A DNA stretch of 64,000 nt from Patescibacteria group bacterium (lineage in GTDB: Bacteria; Patescibacteriota; Minisyncoccia; Minisyncoccales; RBG-13-36-15), in NCBI GenBank assembly GCA_022574775.1, contig JACZRI010000001.1, forward strand, positions 95,631 to 159,630. The letters are read 5' to 3'. The translations under genes were made by a program, and so were the position numbers. Positions 1 through 8,453 of the stretch are shown in pieces; position 1 is the first letter of the stretch; the number at the start of each line of letters is the position of its first letter. The notes under the pieces were generated by a model. The model saw nothing but the letters and a program-made list of their open reading frames with translations. It made no database searches and was not told where the DNA came from.

Positions 1-1
1 T

Positions 2-136
2 AATGCCTTGTCTGGCGGTACAATAATCAGCTTTGATAGTTTTCCCAACAGTGATACCAGTTGGGTTTGCGGCCTCAATGCCACTTTTGGTGCGACGAAT
101 TCCATGACTTGTTATGCAGTATGCAGAAGGCAGTAA
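2..136 (+). CDS. 3' end of an ORF starting upstream of the window (unknown product)
   Basis: Frame open from nt 2 to TAA at 134-136 (...NSMTCYAVCRRQ*). No motif recognised. Too short for the ORF track. Confidence 0.3.
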   Translation, partial: NALSGGTIISFDSFPNSDTSWVCGLNATFGATNSMTCYAVCRRQ

Positions 137-233
137 CTGATAAGATAAATTAAATAGGGACAGGTACTAATTACCAAGCATTTGCTAACCTTCCAAAATT
201 TCGGACACCGCATGTCCATTTCCAAGAAATAAA

Positions 234-1643
234 ATGAAAAAAATAGTTTCACTGCTTGTTTTAATAACTTTTCTTTTGTCTTTTCCATCTTTGCCAGGAG
301 AAGTTAAGGCTGGTACTGGAGATAATGTTTCTGGCTGGGCTTGGTCAGAAAACATCGGCTGGATTAGTTTTAATTCAATAAATACCGGAGGAGCGATAGA
401 TTATGGAGTGAATGTTGATTTAGGAACCGGGGATTTTTCTGGCTATGCTTGGTCAGAAAATATTGGATGGATACAATTTAATCCGGTAGGGCCTTATCCC
501 GAGACTCCAACTTGGTCTGTTTGTTTAGATTTACCAGGTGCTGGGCAGGTTTGTGATGGCGTAGGAGATAATTTAGTTTCAGGTTGGGCGAGAGCGTTGG
601 CGGCTCCTAGCGGCGGCTGGGATGGTTGGATAAAGTTAAGAGGAGCTGGACATGAAGTTTTGCTTAATACTACCTCAAATGAATTTGAGGGCTGGGCTTG
701 GGGCGGAGACCCTGAAGGGAATGCAGGCGAAGAGGTAATTGGCTGGATGAGTTTTAACTGTAAAAATGAGCAAGGGGATCCTTGCGCAATAGATTACAAA
801 GTTTTCATCGGAGCAGCTTCTGCAAACAATCCTCCTTATATATTATCTCAAGTGGTTGAATTCCAGTCTTATTGTGGAGTTGGCCCAGGTGATGGATTGG
901 TGGGTTTCAAATGGACCTACAAAGATGATGATTCTGGAACATGTAGCGGAACAGATTGCGAAACACAGTTTGATTTTCGAGTCAATGATGTCAACGATCC
1001 TAATCAGGATGGTCTAGGAGGGGCAGAAGTTGATCGAAGTGTTACCAGCCTTAGCAATCCCGATGGTACAGTCAATACTCAGTCAGTTCTAGTAGAGAGT
1101 TCTCTCTCTGGCGATAATATTATTTACAACACTACTTATTATTGGTGGGCAAGAGTTTGGGATGATCAAGGAGGTAATTCTGGTTGGGTTGCTGGGCCTA
1201 CTAATTTTACCACCGCACTTCATGCTTACCCTTGGCCTAACTTTACTTGTAACGGAGTAGATGATTGTTCAGCAGTTCCAGTTTTACCCGATGAAATAGT
1301 TGCCCTTGCAGATACATCTACTTTCTATGACGGATTTCTTGAAGCCACTAGTCGGCTTTGGACTCTTCCTCTAGAGGCAACGCTGGAATCAGGTTTTACC
1401 ACAGCCGATTCACCTATTGAGGTTACATTTGTCACAGGGAATAACCTTCCGGTTACTTTACAGGTTACCGACTCTGATGGGTTTTCTTGCTCAACTACTG
1501 AGAACCTTAATGTTGCTTCTCCTCTCCCAGAATGGAAGGAAATTGCCCCTACTGGCTGGCTTTCCTTTCCCAAATTCGTTTTTCAAAATATAGGAGTTGA
1601 TAAACTTTTAGCCAATGTTTTGGATTTCTTAAGACTCATTTAA
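234..1643 (+). CDS. Secreted Trp-rich repeat protein (GWAWSENIGWIxFN-type repeats, Ig/PKD-like C-terminal part)
   Basis: Signal-like N-terminus MKKIVSLLVLITFLLSFPSLPGEVKA. Repeats SGWAWSENIGWISFN, SGYAWSENIGWIQFN, SGWAR..GWDGWIKL, EGWAWGG..VIGWMSFN. VTLQVTDSDGFSCS resembles a PKD/Ig strand. A terminator follows. Confidence 0.7.
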   Translation: MKKIVSLLVLITFLLSFPSLPGEVKAGTGDNVSGWAWSENIGWISFNSINTGGAIDYGVNVDLGTGDFSGYAWSENIGWIQFNPVGPYPETPTWSVCLDLPGAGQVCDGVGDNLVSGWARALAAPSGGWDGWIKLRGAGHEVLLNTTSNEFEGWAWGGDPEGNAGEEVIGWMSFNCKNEQGDPCAIDYKVFIGAASANNPPYILSQVVEFQSYCGVGPGDGLVGFKWTYKDDDSGTCSGTDCETQFDFRVNDVNDPNQDGLGGAEVDRSVTSLSNPDGTVNTQSVLVESSLSGDNIIYNTTYYWWARVWDDQGGNSGWVAGPTNFTTALHAYPWPNFTCNGVDDCSAVPVLPDEIVALADTSTFYDGFLEATSRLWTLPLEATLESGFTTADSPIEVTFVTGNNLPVTLQVTDSDGFSCSTTENLNVASPLPEWKEIAPTGWLSFPKFVFQNIGVDKLLANVLDFLRLI

Positions 1644-1660
1644 TTTTCTCGATCTCTATA

Positions 1661-1696
1661 TATCAAAACCCGCCCTTTTTAGGGCGGGTTTTGATA
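1661..1696 (+). terminator. Rho-independent terminator
   Basis: tatcaaaacccgccc-ttttta-gggcgggttttgata, GC-rich stem with a T-rich 3' side, 18 nt after the stop at 1643. Confidence 0.75.
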
Positions 1697-1778
1697 CTTC
1701 ACATTCTACGTAAACAATCTTACGGGGGAATGAAACCTTACGAGGTTCAACTTCGTAAGGTTTACCAAGAAAGGAGGT

Positions 1779-1807
1779 TTGACATTTTTGAACCCTTTTG
1801 CTATTAT
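1779..1807 (+). promoter_or_regulatory. Sigma70-like promoter candidate upstream of rny
   Basis: TTGACA (1779-1784), 17-nt spacer, TATTAT (1802-1807), about 190 nt upstream of the rny ATG. Confidence 0.4.
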
Positions 1808-1849
1808 TGAATCAGTAAAATTAACTTAATCATGGGATTTTTGTATTTT

Positions 1850-1945
1850 CACCACGAATATTTTATCGCTAATACTTCAAAGATTATACGCGAATTGCCG
1901 CGAATATTTATGTTTATCGCTGTTAAAATTAGCGATTTATCGGTT
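1850..1945. repeat. Family C palindromic repeat (CGAATA units, central CTAAT)
   Basis: caccacgaatatt..tcgctaatactt..cgcgaattgccgcgaatattt. Same unit and central motif as 31235, 39121 and 43854. Confidence 0.6.
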
Positions 1946-1994
1946 GTTGGCATTAGTTTATTTATGATGAATAGCAAAATTTCTATCTTCCGAT

Positions 1995-3524
1995 ATGAAC
2001 CAAATTATTTTACTTTCAATTGGAGTAATATTTTTAGCTGTGGGAGCTATCCTGGGATATTATGCCCGCCAATCTATTGCGAGAAGGCAAATCGGAACTC
2101 TGGAAGAAAAAATTCAAAAAAGAGTTTCCGAAGCTAAAAATGAGGCTCAGTTAATCATAGCTGAGGCCACGGAAAAAGCCTCTCAGGTTTTAGGAAAAGT
2201 AAAAAAAGATATAGACCAAAGACAAGCAAGTCTGCTGAGAACTGAACAGTTATTGCTTAAAAGAGAAAATATTTTAGACAATAAATTTTCTCTTTTTGAG
2301 AAAAAAGAAAAAGAATTTCAGGAGAAAGTTCAGGCGTTAAAGAAGATTAAAAAGGACATAGAAGGATTAAAGGAGAAAGTTACAGAAAACTTAGAGAAAG
2401 TTTCCAAGTTATCCAAAGAAGAAGCAAAAAAAGAGCTTTTTGAGAATTTAAAGAAAAACTATCAAGCGGAAATTTTAGAGAAAATAAGGAGATTAGAGAA
2501 AGAAGGAACAGAACAATTTGAAAAGAAGGCGAAAGGGCTGATAGCTACTGCTATGCAGAGAGTTGCAATCAGTCAAGCCCAAGAGCTTACCACAACTACC
2601 ATTTCTCTTCCATCAGACGATATAAAAGGAAGAATTATCGGAAAAGAAGGAAGGAATATCAGGACTTTAGAAAGATTGACTGGTGTGGAAATTATTGTTG
2701 ATGATACACCGGGGGCAGTGGTTATCTCAGGTTTTGATCCAATCCGCCGCCAGATTGCGAAAATTGCTTTGGAGAAATTGATCTCTGACGGCAGAATTCA
2801 ACCCGCCAGAATTGAAGACGAGGTTTCAAAGGCTGAAGTTGAAGTTGCGAATAAAATAAAGGAAGCCGGAGAAGAGGTCGTGTACGAGACAGGATTAGTC
2901 GGCCTTCATCCGAAATTAGTTCAACTTTTAGGAAGATTAAATTTCAGGACAAGCTATGGCCAAAATGTTCTTTTACACTCTCTTGAGGTTTCCTATTTGG
3001 CAGAGGCCTTGGCTTCAGAAATTGGCGGAGACGCGCAAGTTTCAAAAAAGGCAGGGTTATTCCACGACATTGGAAAAGCAGTTGATCATCAAATTCAGGG
3101 TTCCCATGTTGTTATTGGAATGAAAATTCTGGAGAAATTTGATGTGGAGAAAGAAATAATTGACGCTATGAAATCTCACCACGAAGAGTTTCCCTACGAT
3201 ACCTTAGAATCGGTAATTGTCCAGGTGGCTGACCAAATTTCAGGTGCTCGGCCCGGAGCTCGAAAAGATACAGTTGAAAATTACTTAAAGAGGTTGGCCG
3301 ATTTAGAGGATATTGCGATTTCTTTCCCCGGCATTGACAAAGCTTGGGCTCTGCAGGCAGGAAGAGAGTTGAGAGTTTTCGTGAAGCCTGAAGACGTTGA
3401 TGATTTGACCAGCAGGCAATTAGCAAACGACATCGCAAAAAAAATTGAAGAAGAATTAAGATATCCTGGAGAAATAAAGGTGACGGTAGTGAGAGAAAGC
3501 CGAGTAATTGAATATGCGAGATAA
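1995..3524 (+). CDS. rny: Ribonuclease Y
   Basis: N-terminal TM helix, coiled-coil region, KH motif GKEGRNIRTLE, HD motif LFHDIGK. 509 aa, typical RNase Y layout. Confidence 0.95.
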   Translation: MNQIILLSIGVIFLAVGAILGYYARQSIARRQIGTLEEKIQKRVSEAKNEAQLIIAEATEKASQVLGKVKKDIDQRQASLLRTEQLLLKRENILDNKFSLFEKKEKEFQEKVQALKKIKKDIEGLKEKVTENLEKVSKLSKEEAKKELFENLKKNYQAEILEKIRRLEKEGTEQFEKKAKGLIATAMQRVAISQAQELTTTTISLPSDDIKGRIIGKEGRNIRTLERLTGVEIIVDDTPGAVVISGFDPIRRQIAKIALEKLISDGRIQPARIEDEVSKAEVEVANKIKEAGEEVVYETGLVGLHPKLVQLLGRLNFRTSYGQNVLLHSLEVSYLAEALASEIGGDAQVSKKAGLFHDIGKAVDHQIQGSHVVIGMKILEKFDVEKEIIDAMKSHHEEFPYDTLESVIVQVADQISGARPGARKDTVENYLKRLADLEDIAISFPGIDKAWALQAGRELRVFVKPEDVDDLTSRQLANDIAKKIEEELRYPGEIKVTVVRESRVIEYAR

Positions 3525-3545
3525 AGGATTATAATTATTTAAACA

Positions 3546-3577
3546 AGAATACGCCGCGTTAGAAGCGGCGTATTCTT
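3546..3577 (+). terminator. Rho-independent terminator after rny
   Basis: aagaatacgccgc-gttagaa-gcggcgtattctt followed by ttg. Confidence 0.7.
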
Positions 3578-3584
3578 TTGTTGA

Positions 3585-3655
3585 AGCGGGTGATGGGAAT
3601 CGAACCCACATAGCTAGGTTGGAAACCTAGAACTCTACCATTGAGCTACACCCGC
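3585..3655 (-). tRNA. tRNA-Gly(TCC)
   Basis: Hand-folded cloverleaf: acceptor GCGGGTG/CACCCGC, anticodon stem CTAGG/CCTAG, loop TTTCCAA, T-loop TTCGATT. Confidence 0.9.
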
Positions 3656-3662
3656 AAATAAT

Positions 3663-3733
3663 TCGGGGTACTCGGATTCGAACCGAGACTAAATCCTCCC
3701 AAAGGACTCGTGCTACCGTTACACTATACCCCG
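3663..3733 (-). tRNA. tRNA-Pro(TGG)
   Basis: Acceptor CGGGGTA/TACCCCG (C1-G72), anticodon stem AGTCC/GGATT, loop TTTGGGA, T-loop TTCGAAT. Confidence 0.9.
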
Positions 3734-3896
3734 CACCTAAATTTATATCATTTTATTTTTTCTCGGTCAACCACGTTAAAAATTCTTGATTTCTATAATT
3801 TAGTAATTGTGGTCCTGCTAAGAATGATTTAAAATAAAATTGTAAGATTATGGATTACGGCTATATTTCTAATGTAGTCAATGATATAATTAATTA

Positions 3897-4844
3897 GTGA
3901 TCATCAGAAAATTCCTTAAGCATCTGAATATCCTTGCCCAATCTCGAGAATCCGGAGTTTCCATTTGGCAATATCCACAATTTCTCTTTTTAGTAATGGG
4001 AATAATGACTATTGTTTCAATTCTTACTGCTTACGTTATTGGTATTCGGTATGTGGCAGAACCTGAAGTGGTGGTTTTAATAGTGCTTATTCTATCAGCC
4101 ATTTTGTTGGTTATTACTTTCACTATTACCCAAAGTTTTGAAAGATTGATTGAAGCCAACCGGATGAAATCAGAATTTGTGAGTATTGTTTCCCATCAAT
4201 TACGCTCTCCCCTTTCCAATTTGAAATGGGCCCTTGAGTTATTAATGTCAGGAAGGCTTGGGAAGATTGAAGCTCAACAGCTTGAGTATTTCGGAATTTT
4301 GAAAGACAGCAGTGCTCGTATGAGAGAGTTGGTTAGAGATCTTTTGATTGTTTCCAGAATTGAGCAAGGCAAACTTCCATTACAAACAGTAGAAGTTTCT
4401 TTACCTCTTTTAGTAAAAGATCTGATTTTAGAATTTACTCCCTTGGCTGAGGCCTCAAATGTTGTAATAAAATTTGAACCAGATAACAGTCTCCCTAATG
4501 TGCTCGCCGATCCTTCTAAGGTAAAGTTAGTTGTTGAGAATTTTTTAGACAACGCAATCCGCTATATTAAAGGAAACGGGGAGGTTGGAATTAAGCTTAG
4601 CAGAGAAGATAATTTTCTTCACTTTCAGATTAGAGATAATGGAGTAGGCATTCCCAAGGAGGACCAGAAGTATATTTTCAAGAAGTTTTTTCGGTCATCA
4701 AACGTTTTGAAGCGTCAAACCCAGGGGACAGGACTTGGTCTGTATATTGCAAAATCTATTATCGAAAGGTCGAAAGGGAAAATCTGGTTCAAATCAGAGG
4801 AAGATAAGGGAACTACACTTCATTTTATTTTACCAATTAAATAG
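3897..4844 (+). CDS. Sensor histidine kinase (membrane-bound, HisKA + HATPase_c)
   Basis: Two N-terminal TM helices. H-box SHQLRSPLS, N-box DNAIRY, G-boxes DNGVGI and GTGLGL. GTG start. Confidence 0.85.
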   Translation: MIIRKFLKHLNILAQSRESGVSIWQYPQFLFLVMGIMTIVSILTAYVIGIRYVAEPEVVVLIVLILSAILLVITFTITQSFERLIEANRMKSEFVSIVSHQLRSPLSNLKWALELLMSGRLGKIEAQQLEYFGILKDSSARMRELVRDLLIVSRIEQGKLPLQTVEVSLPLLVKDLILEFTPLAEASNVVIKFEPDNSLPNVLADPSKVKLVVENFLDNAIRYIKGNGEVGIKLSREDNFLHFQIRDNGVGIPKEDQKYIFKKFFRSSNVLKRQTQGTGLGLYIAKSIIERSKGKIWFKSEEDKGTTLHFILPIK

Positions 4845-4940
4845 AAGCAGACTTAACTCTGATAAGTATACTGAACTACGCTGAAAAAATCGGTGGTTCA
4901 TCAGCGTTTTCAATCATTGTATTATCAGTTTCTGCAAAAT

Positions 4941-5309
4941 ATGGAAAAAATTTTATTCATTGAGGATGAATCAGCTCTCCAAAAAACTCTTGGAGAGATA
5001 TTGCGGCAAGAAGGTTATGAGATAATTTCTGCTCTAGATGGTGAAATTGGTTTAAAGTTGGCTAACGCGAAAAAGCCTGACTTGATTTTACTTGATCTTA
5101 TCTTGCCGAAAATTCACGGTTTTGAGGTTTTGAAAAAATTAAAAGAAAATGCTGAAACAAAAGCGATTCCAGTATTGGTTTTAACAAATCTGGAGGATGT
5201 AAAAGATATTGAAAAGGTCCTTGAATTAGGAGCAACCACCTATTTGGTTAAAGAAAATTATAGCTTAGAAGAAGTGCTTGAGAAAATAAAGAAAACCCTA
5301 AACCAATAA
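4941..5309 (+). CDS. Receiver-only response regulator (CheY-like)
   Basis: MEKILFIEDE.., phospho-acceptor context DLILLDLILP, VLVLTN, no output domain. Start moved to ATG 4941 inside track ORF 4893..5309. Confidence 0.85.
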   Translation: MEKILFIEDESALQKTLGEILRQEGYEIISALDGEIGLKLANAKKPDLILLDLILPKIHGFEVLKKLKENAETKAIPVLVLTNLEDVKDIEKVLELGATTYLVKENYSLEEVLEKIKKTLNQ

Positions 5310-5410
5310 AACATTCTAACATCTAAACATATCAACATTAAAATACGCAGTTTTTGAATATTTACAGAATGTTAAAATGCTTAAATGTTTGTATGTTTAA
5401 ATGATTCATG
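5310..5410 (+). repeat. Family A periodic hairpin (AAACAT units / ATGTTTAA units) ending at the pilB start
   Basis: Left arm aacattctaacatctaaacatatcaacatta. Right arm aatgttaaaatgcttaaatgtttgtatgtttaaatgattcATG. Confidence 0.75.
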
Positions 5411-7156
5411 AAGGTTGAGCCACAACAATTTAGATCTTTTCTCTTGGATGCCGGATTGGTTACGGATAAGCAGTTTAACAAGGCCAGGAAAAGAGCAGAG
5501 AAAACCGGTGGGAAAATCGGAGATGTTCTTGTTTTTGAAGGTCTTATTACACAAGAACAATTAATTAAGATGGAAGCTTATATCCTTGGTATCCCTTTTG
5601 TGAATTTGGAAAAAGAAACTGTTTCTTCAGAAGTTTTAAAAATAATACCCGAGCCAATTGCCAGGTCAAACAATATTGTTGCATTTCGGAAAAAAGGAAG
5701 AAATCTGGAGGTTGCTATGCTGGATCCGGAAGACCTTAGAACCATTGAATTTATTAAAAAGACCGGCGCTTTGAAGATTTTACCGAGATTGACCACTCCA
5801 AAAGGTATGAAGAATGTTTTAAACCAATACCAAAAAACTTTAGAGGCTGAATTTGGAGAAATTATTAAAAAAGAGGTTAAGGGGATAAAACCAATTACAG
5901 AAGAAGAGGTTGTTGAAGGAAAAACAGAACTTAAAAAAGTGGCTGAAGAACTGCCTGTAATTCGAATTGTCGACACTCTTTTAAAGCACGCTATTTTACA
6001 GAAGGCTTCTGATATTCATATTGAACCCGGCGGGAAAGAAATTTCAGTTCGTTATAGAATAGATGGGATTTTACGGGAAGCAATGTTGCTGCCGAAATTG
6101 GTTCAATCAGGGATTGTTGCTAGAATAAAAGTCCTTTCCAAACTAAAGCTTGACGAACACCGGCTTCCGCAAGATGGCAGATTTAAGGTTGAAACGGAGG
6201 ATTACAAATATTCTATTCGGGTTTCTATCTTGCCTATTTTTGATGGAGAAAAGATTGTTATGAGATTGTTGCCAGAAACTACCAGGGCTTTCACATTGGA
6301 AGCTTTGGGGTTGCAAGGGGATGCTCTTGAAAGAACACATGATGCCTTAAGAAAACCTGTTGGAATGCTTTTGGTTACAGGTCCTACTGGTTCTGGAAAG
6401 ACAACTACCTTATATTCTATGATGGAAATCTTGAATAGCTCAAGAATAAATATTTCTACAATTGAAGATCCAGTTGAATATCGGATGCCTGGAATTAACC
6501 AGACTCAGGTTAATCCAAAAATTGGCTTAACTTTCGCTTCTGGCCTAAGGTCTTTGGTTAGGCAAGACCCGGATATTTTAATGGTCGGAGAAATTCGTGA
6601 TAAAGAAACGGCTTCTTTGGCTATTAATGCTGCTCTTACTGGCCATTTGGTTTTATCTACGCTACACACCAATACGGCGGCTGGAGCTATCCCAAGGTTA
6701 ATTGAGATGGGCGTTGAACCATTTTTAATTTCTTCAACCTTGAATTTAATTTTAGCGCAAAGATTAATCAGAAAACTTTGTCCAGAGAAGACACAATATA
6801 GTTTAAAGAAAGCAGAACTAAAAACTCTTGAGAAAAATTGCGATTTAGATGCGGTTTTAAAAATACTTAAGAAGGAAAGATTAGTTAAACCAAAAACCGG
6901 CTGGGGAAATATCAAATTTTTCAGGTCAAAATCTTCTAAAGAATGTTCAGATGGGTATAGCGGCAGAATCGGGATTTTTGAAATTATGCCTATTACTGAA
7001 ACAATCAAGGAGTTGATTGTTAAACGAGTAAGAGTTGATCAAATTGAAGATCAGGCAAAAAAAGAAGGAATGAGAACCATGGTAGAAGATGGTTTCTTGA
7101 AAGCGGTTCAAGGAGTAACTTCAATTGAAGAAGTATTGAGAGTTATCATTGAATAA
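5408..7156 (+). CDS. pilB: Type IV pilus assembly ATPase PilB (GspE family), locus 1
   Basis: GspE-N-like N-terminus, Walker A GPTGSGKTT, MVGEIRD, LSTLHTN. 582 aa. Confidence 0.9.
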   Translation: MKVEPQQFRSFLLDAGLVTDKQFNKARKRAEKTGGKIGDVLVFEGLITQEQLIKMEAYILGIPFVNLEKETVSSEVLKIIPEPIARSNNIVAFRKKGRNLEVAMLDPEDLRTIEFIKKTGALKILPRLTTPKGMKNVLNQYQKTLEAEFGEIIKKEVKGIKPITEEEVVEGKTELKKVAEELPVIRIVDTLLKHAILQKASDIHIEPGGKEISVRYRIDGILREAMLLPKLVQSGIVARIKVLSKLKLDEHRLPQDGRFKVETEDYKYSIRVSILPIFDGEKIVMRLLPETTRAFTLEALGLQGDALERTHDALRKPVGMLLVTGPTGSGKTTTLYSMMEILNSSRINISTIEDPVEYRMPGINQTQVNPKIGLTFASGLRSLVRQDPDILMVGEIRDKETASLAINAALTGHLVLSTLHTNTAAGAIPRLIEMGVEPFLISSTLNLILAQRLIRKLCPEKTQYSLKKAELKTLEKNCDLDAVLKILKKERLVKPKTGWGNIKFFRSKSSKECSDGYSGRIGIFEIMPITETIKELIVKRVRVDQIEDQAKKEGMRTMVEDGFLKAVQGVTSIEEVLRVIIE

Positions 7157-7157
7157 C

Positions 7158-7220
7158 GTGAAATATGAAGTGCGAAGAAACGAAGAATTCTTCAGATCTT
7201 CAGATCTTCAGACTTCAGGC
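7158..7220 (+). repeat. Family B hairpin repeat (GAAG-N3-4 units / CTTCAGA units)
   Basis: gtgaaatatgaagtgcgaagaaacgaagaattcttcagatcttcagatcttcagacttcaggc, with a central gaagaattcttc palindrome. Confidence 0.75.
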
Positions 7221-7228
7221 TTTGTATT

Positions 7229-8452
7229 GTGCCTCGTTACTTTTATATCGCCAAGTCTTTTGAAGGGGAGGATAAATCTGGAATTTTGGATGTCAAAAAT
7301 AAGCCAGAATTATCAAGAATCCTGCATCAGCAGGGTCTGGTTTTAGTTTCTGCCAGCATTGAAAAAGAGAAAGCAAAGAAAGGAAAACTTGTATTATCAT
7401 TGCCTTCTTTCGGAGGAGTTTCTCTGGTTGATAAAATGATGTTTACCAGAAATCTTCAGGTAATGATTTCAGCCGGTGTTACTCTTCCGAGAGGTTTAAA
7501 CATTTTATCTGTCCAGACGAAGAATCAAAAATTTAAAAAAGCGATTATTGAAATTTCAGAGGATATTTTGAAAGGAAAGAGTTTTTCTGAAAGTTTGGGA
7601 AAGTATCCAGAGATTTTTCGTGAACTTTTTGTAAGTATGATTAAGGTAGGAGAGGAAGCCGGTACTTTGGAAAGGGTCTTAAAGGATTTAACTTACCAGA
7701 TGGATAGAGAGCATAATTTGAAGTCAGAGATAAAAAGCGCAATGATTTATCCTACAGTAATTATAGCTGCCATGGCAGGCATTGGGGCTTTGATGTTGAT
7801 TATGGTTGTTCCAAAATTAGCTGAAACTTTTGAAGAATTAGAAATTCCTCTTCCTGCCACTACTCAATTTGTCATAGGGCTTGGAAATTTTTTAGTCGTT
7901 TATTGGTTCTTTCTGCCTTTTATAATCTTTTTTTTGCTTTTGCTATTTAGGGTTGCCTTAAAAACAAAAATCGGCAAGAGATCTTTTGACGGCATACTCT
8001 TGAAAATTCCTATTATCTCCCCTATTATCAAAAAAGCTAATTCGGCCCAGACTTTAAGAACATTAAGTTCTCTTATTACAGCCGGCATTCCAATTGTCCA
8101 GGCATTGGAAATTGTTTCTGGGACTTTGGGTAATTTCTATTTTAAAGAAGCTATGTTAAAAGCTGTGGAGGAAGTGAAAAAAGGGGGGAAATTTTCTGAA
8201 GCTCTAAAACCATATCAGAATATTTATCCATTAATTATGCTTCAGATGATTGAGGTTGGAGAAGAAACCGGTACTACTTCAGATATTTTGGCAAAATTAG
8301 CCGATTTTTTTGAAGAAGAAGTTACCGCAGACACTAAAAATCTATCTGCTCTAATTGAGCCGCTTTTGATGCTTTTAATCGGAGGCGCTGTTGGTTTTTT
8401 TGCGATTTCTATGATTCAGCCAATGTACTCAATGCTGGGAGCTATACGATAA
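7229..8452 (+). CDS. pilC: Type IV pilus platform protein PilC (GspF family), locus 1
   Basis: Two T2SSF-type repeats with TM segments, N-terminus xRYFYIAKSFEGE typical of PilC. 407 aa, GTG start. Confidence 0.9.
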   Translation: MPRYFYIAKSFEGEDKSGILDVKNKPELSRILHQQGLVLVSASIEKEKAKKGKLVLSLPSFGGVSLVDKMMFTRNLQVMISAGVTLPRGLNILSVQTKNQKFKKAIIEISEDILKGKSFSESLGKYPEIFRELFVSMIKVGEEAGTLERVLKDLTYQMDREHNLKSEIKSAMIYPTVIIAAMAGIGALMLIMVVPKLAETFEELEIPLPATTQFVIGLGNFLVVYWFFLPFIIFFLLLLFRVALKTKIGKRSFDGILLKIPIISPIIKKANSAQTLRTLSSLITAGIPIVQALEIVSGTLGNFYFKEAMLKAVEEVKKGGKFSEALKPYQNIYPLIMLQMIEVGEETGTTSDILAKLADFFEEEVTADTKNLSALIEPLLMLLIGGAVGFFAISMIQPMYSMLGAIR

Positions 8453-8453
8453 A

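Noticed and set aside
1832-2137. 101-aa ORF upstream of and overlapping the rny start
   Set aside because: It covers the family C repeat region and overlaps the rny N-terminus out of frame. No support beyond being open.
7149-7346. 65-aa ORF MNNVKYEVRRNEEFF...
   Set aside because: It is the translation of family B repeat copy 7158-7220 running into the pilC start region. The same peptide-like strings appear wherever the repeat occurs.
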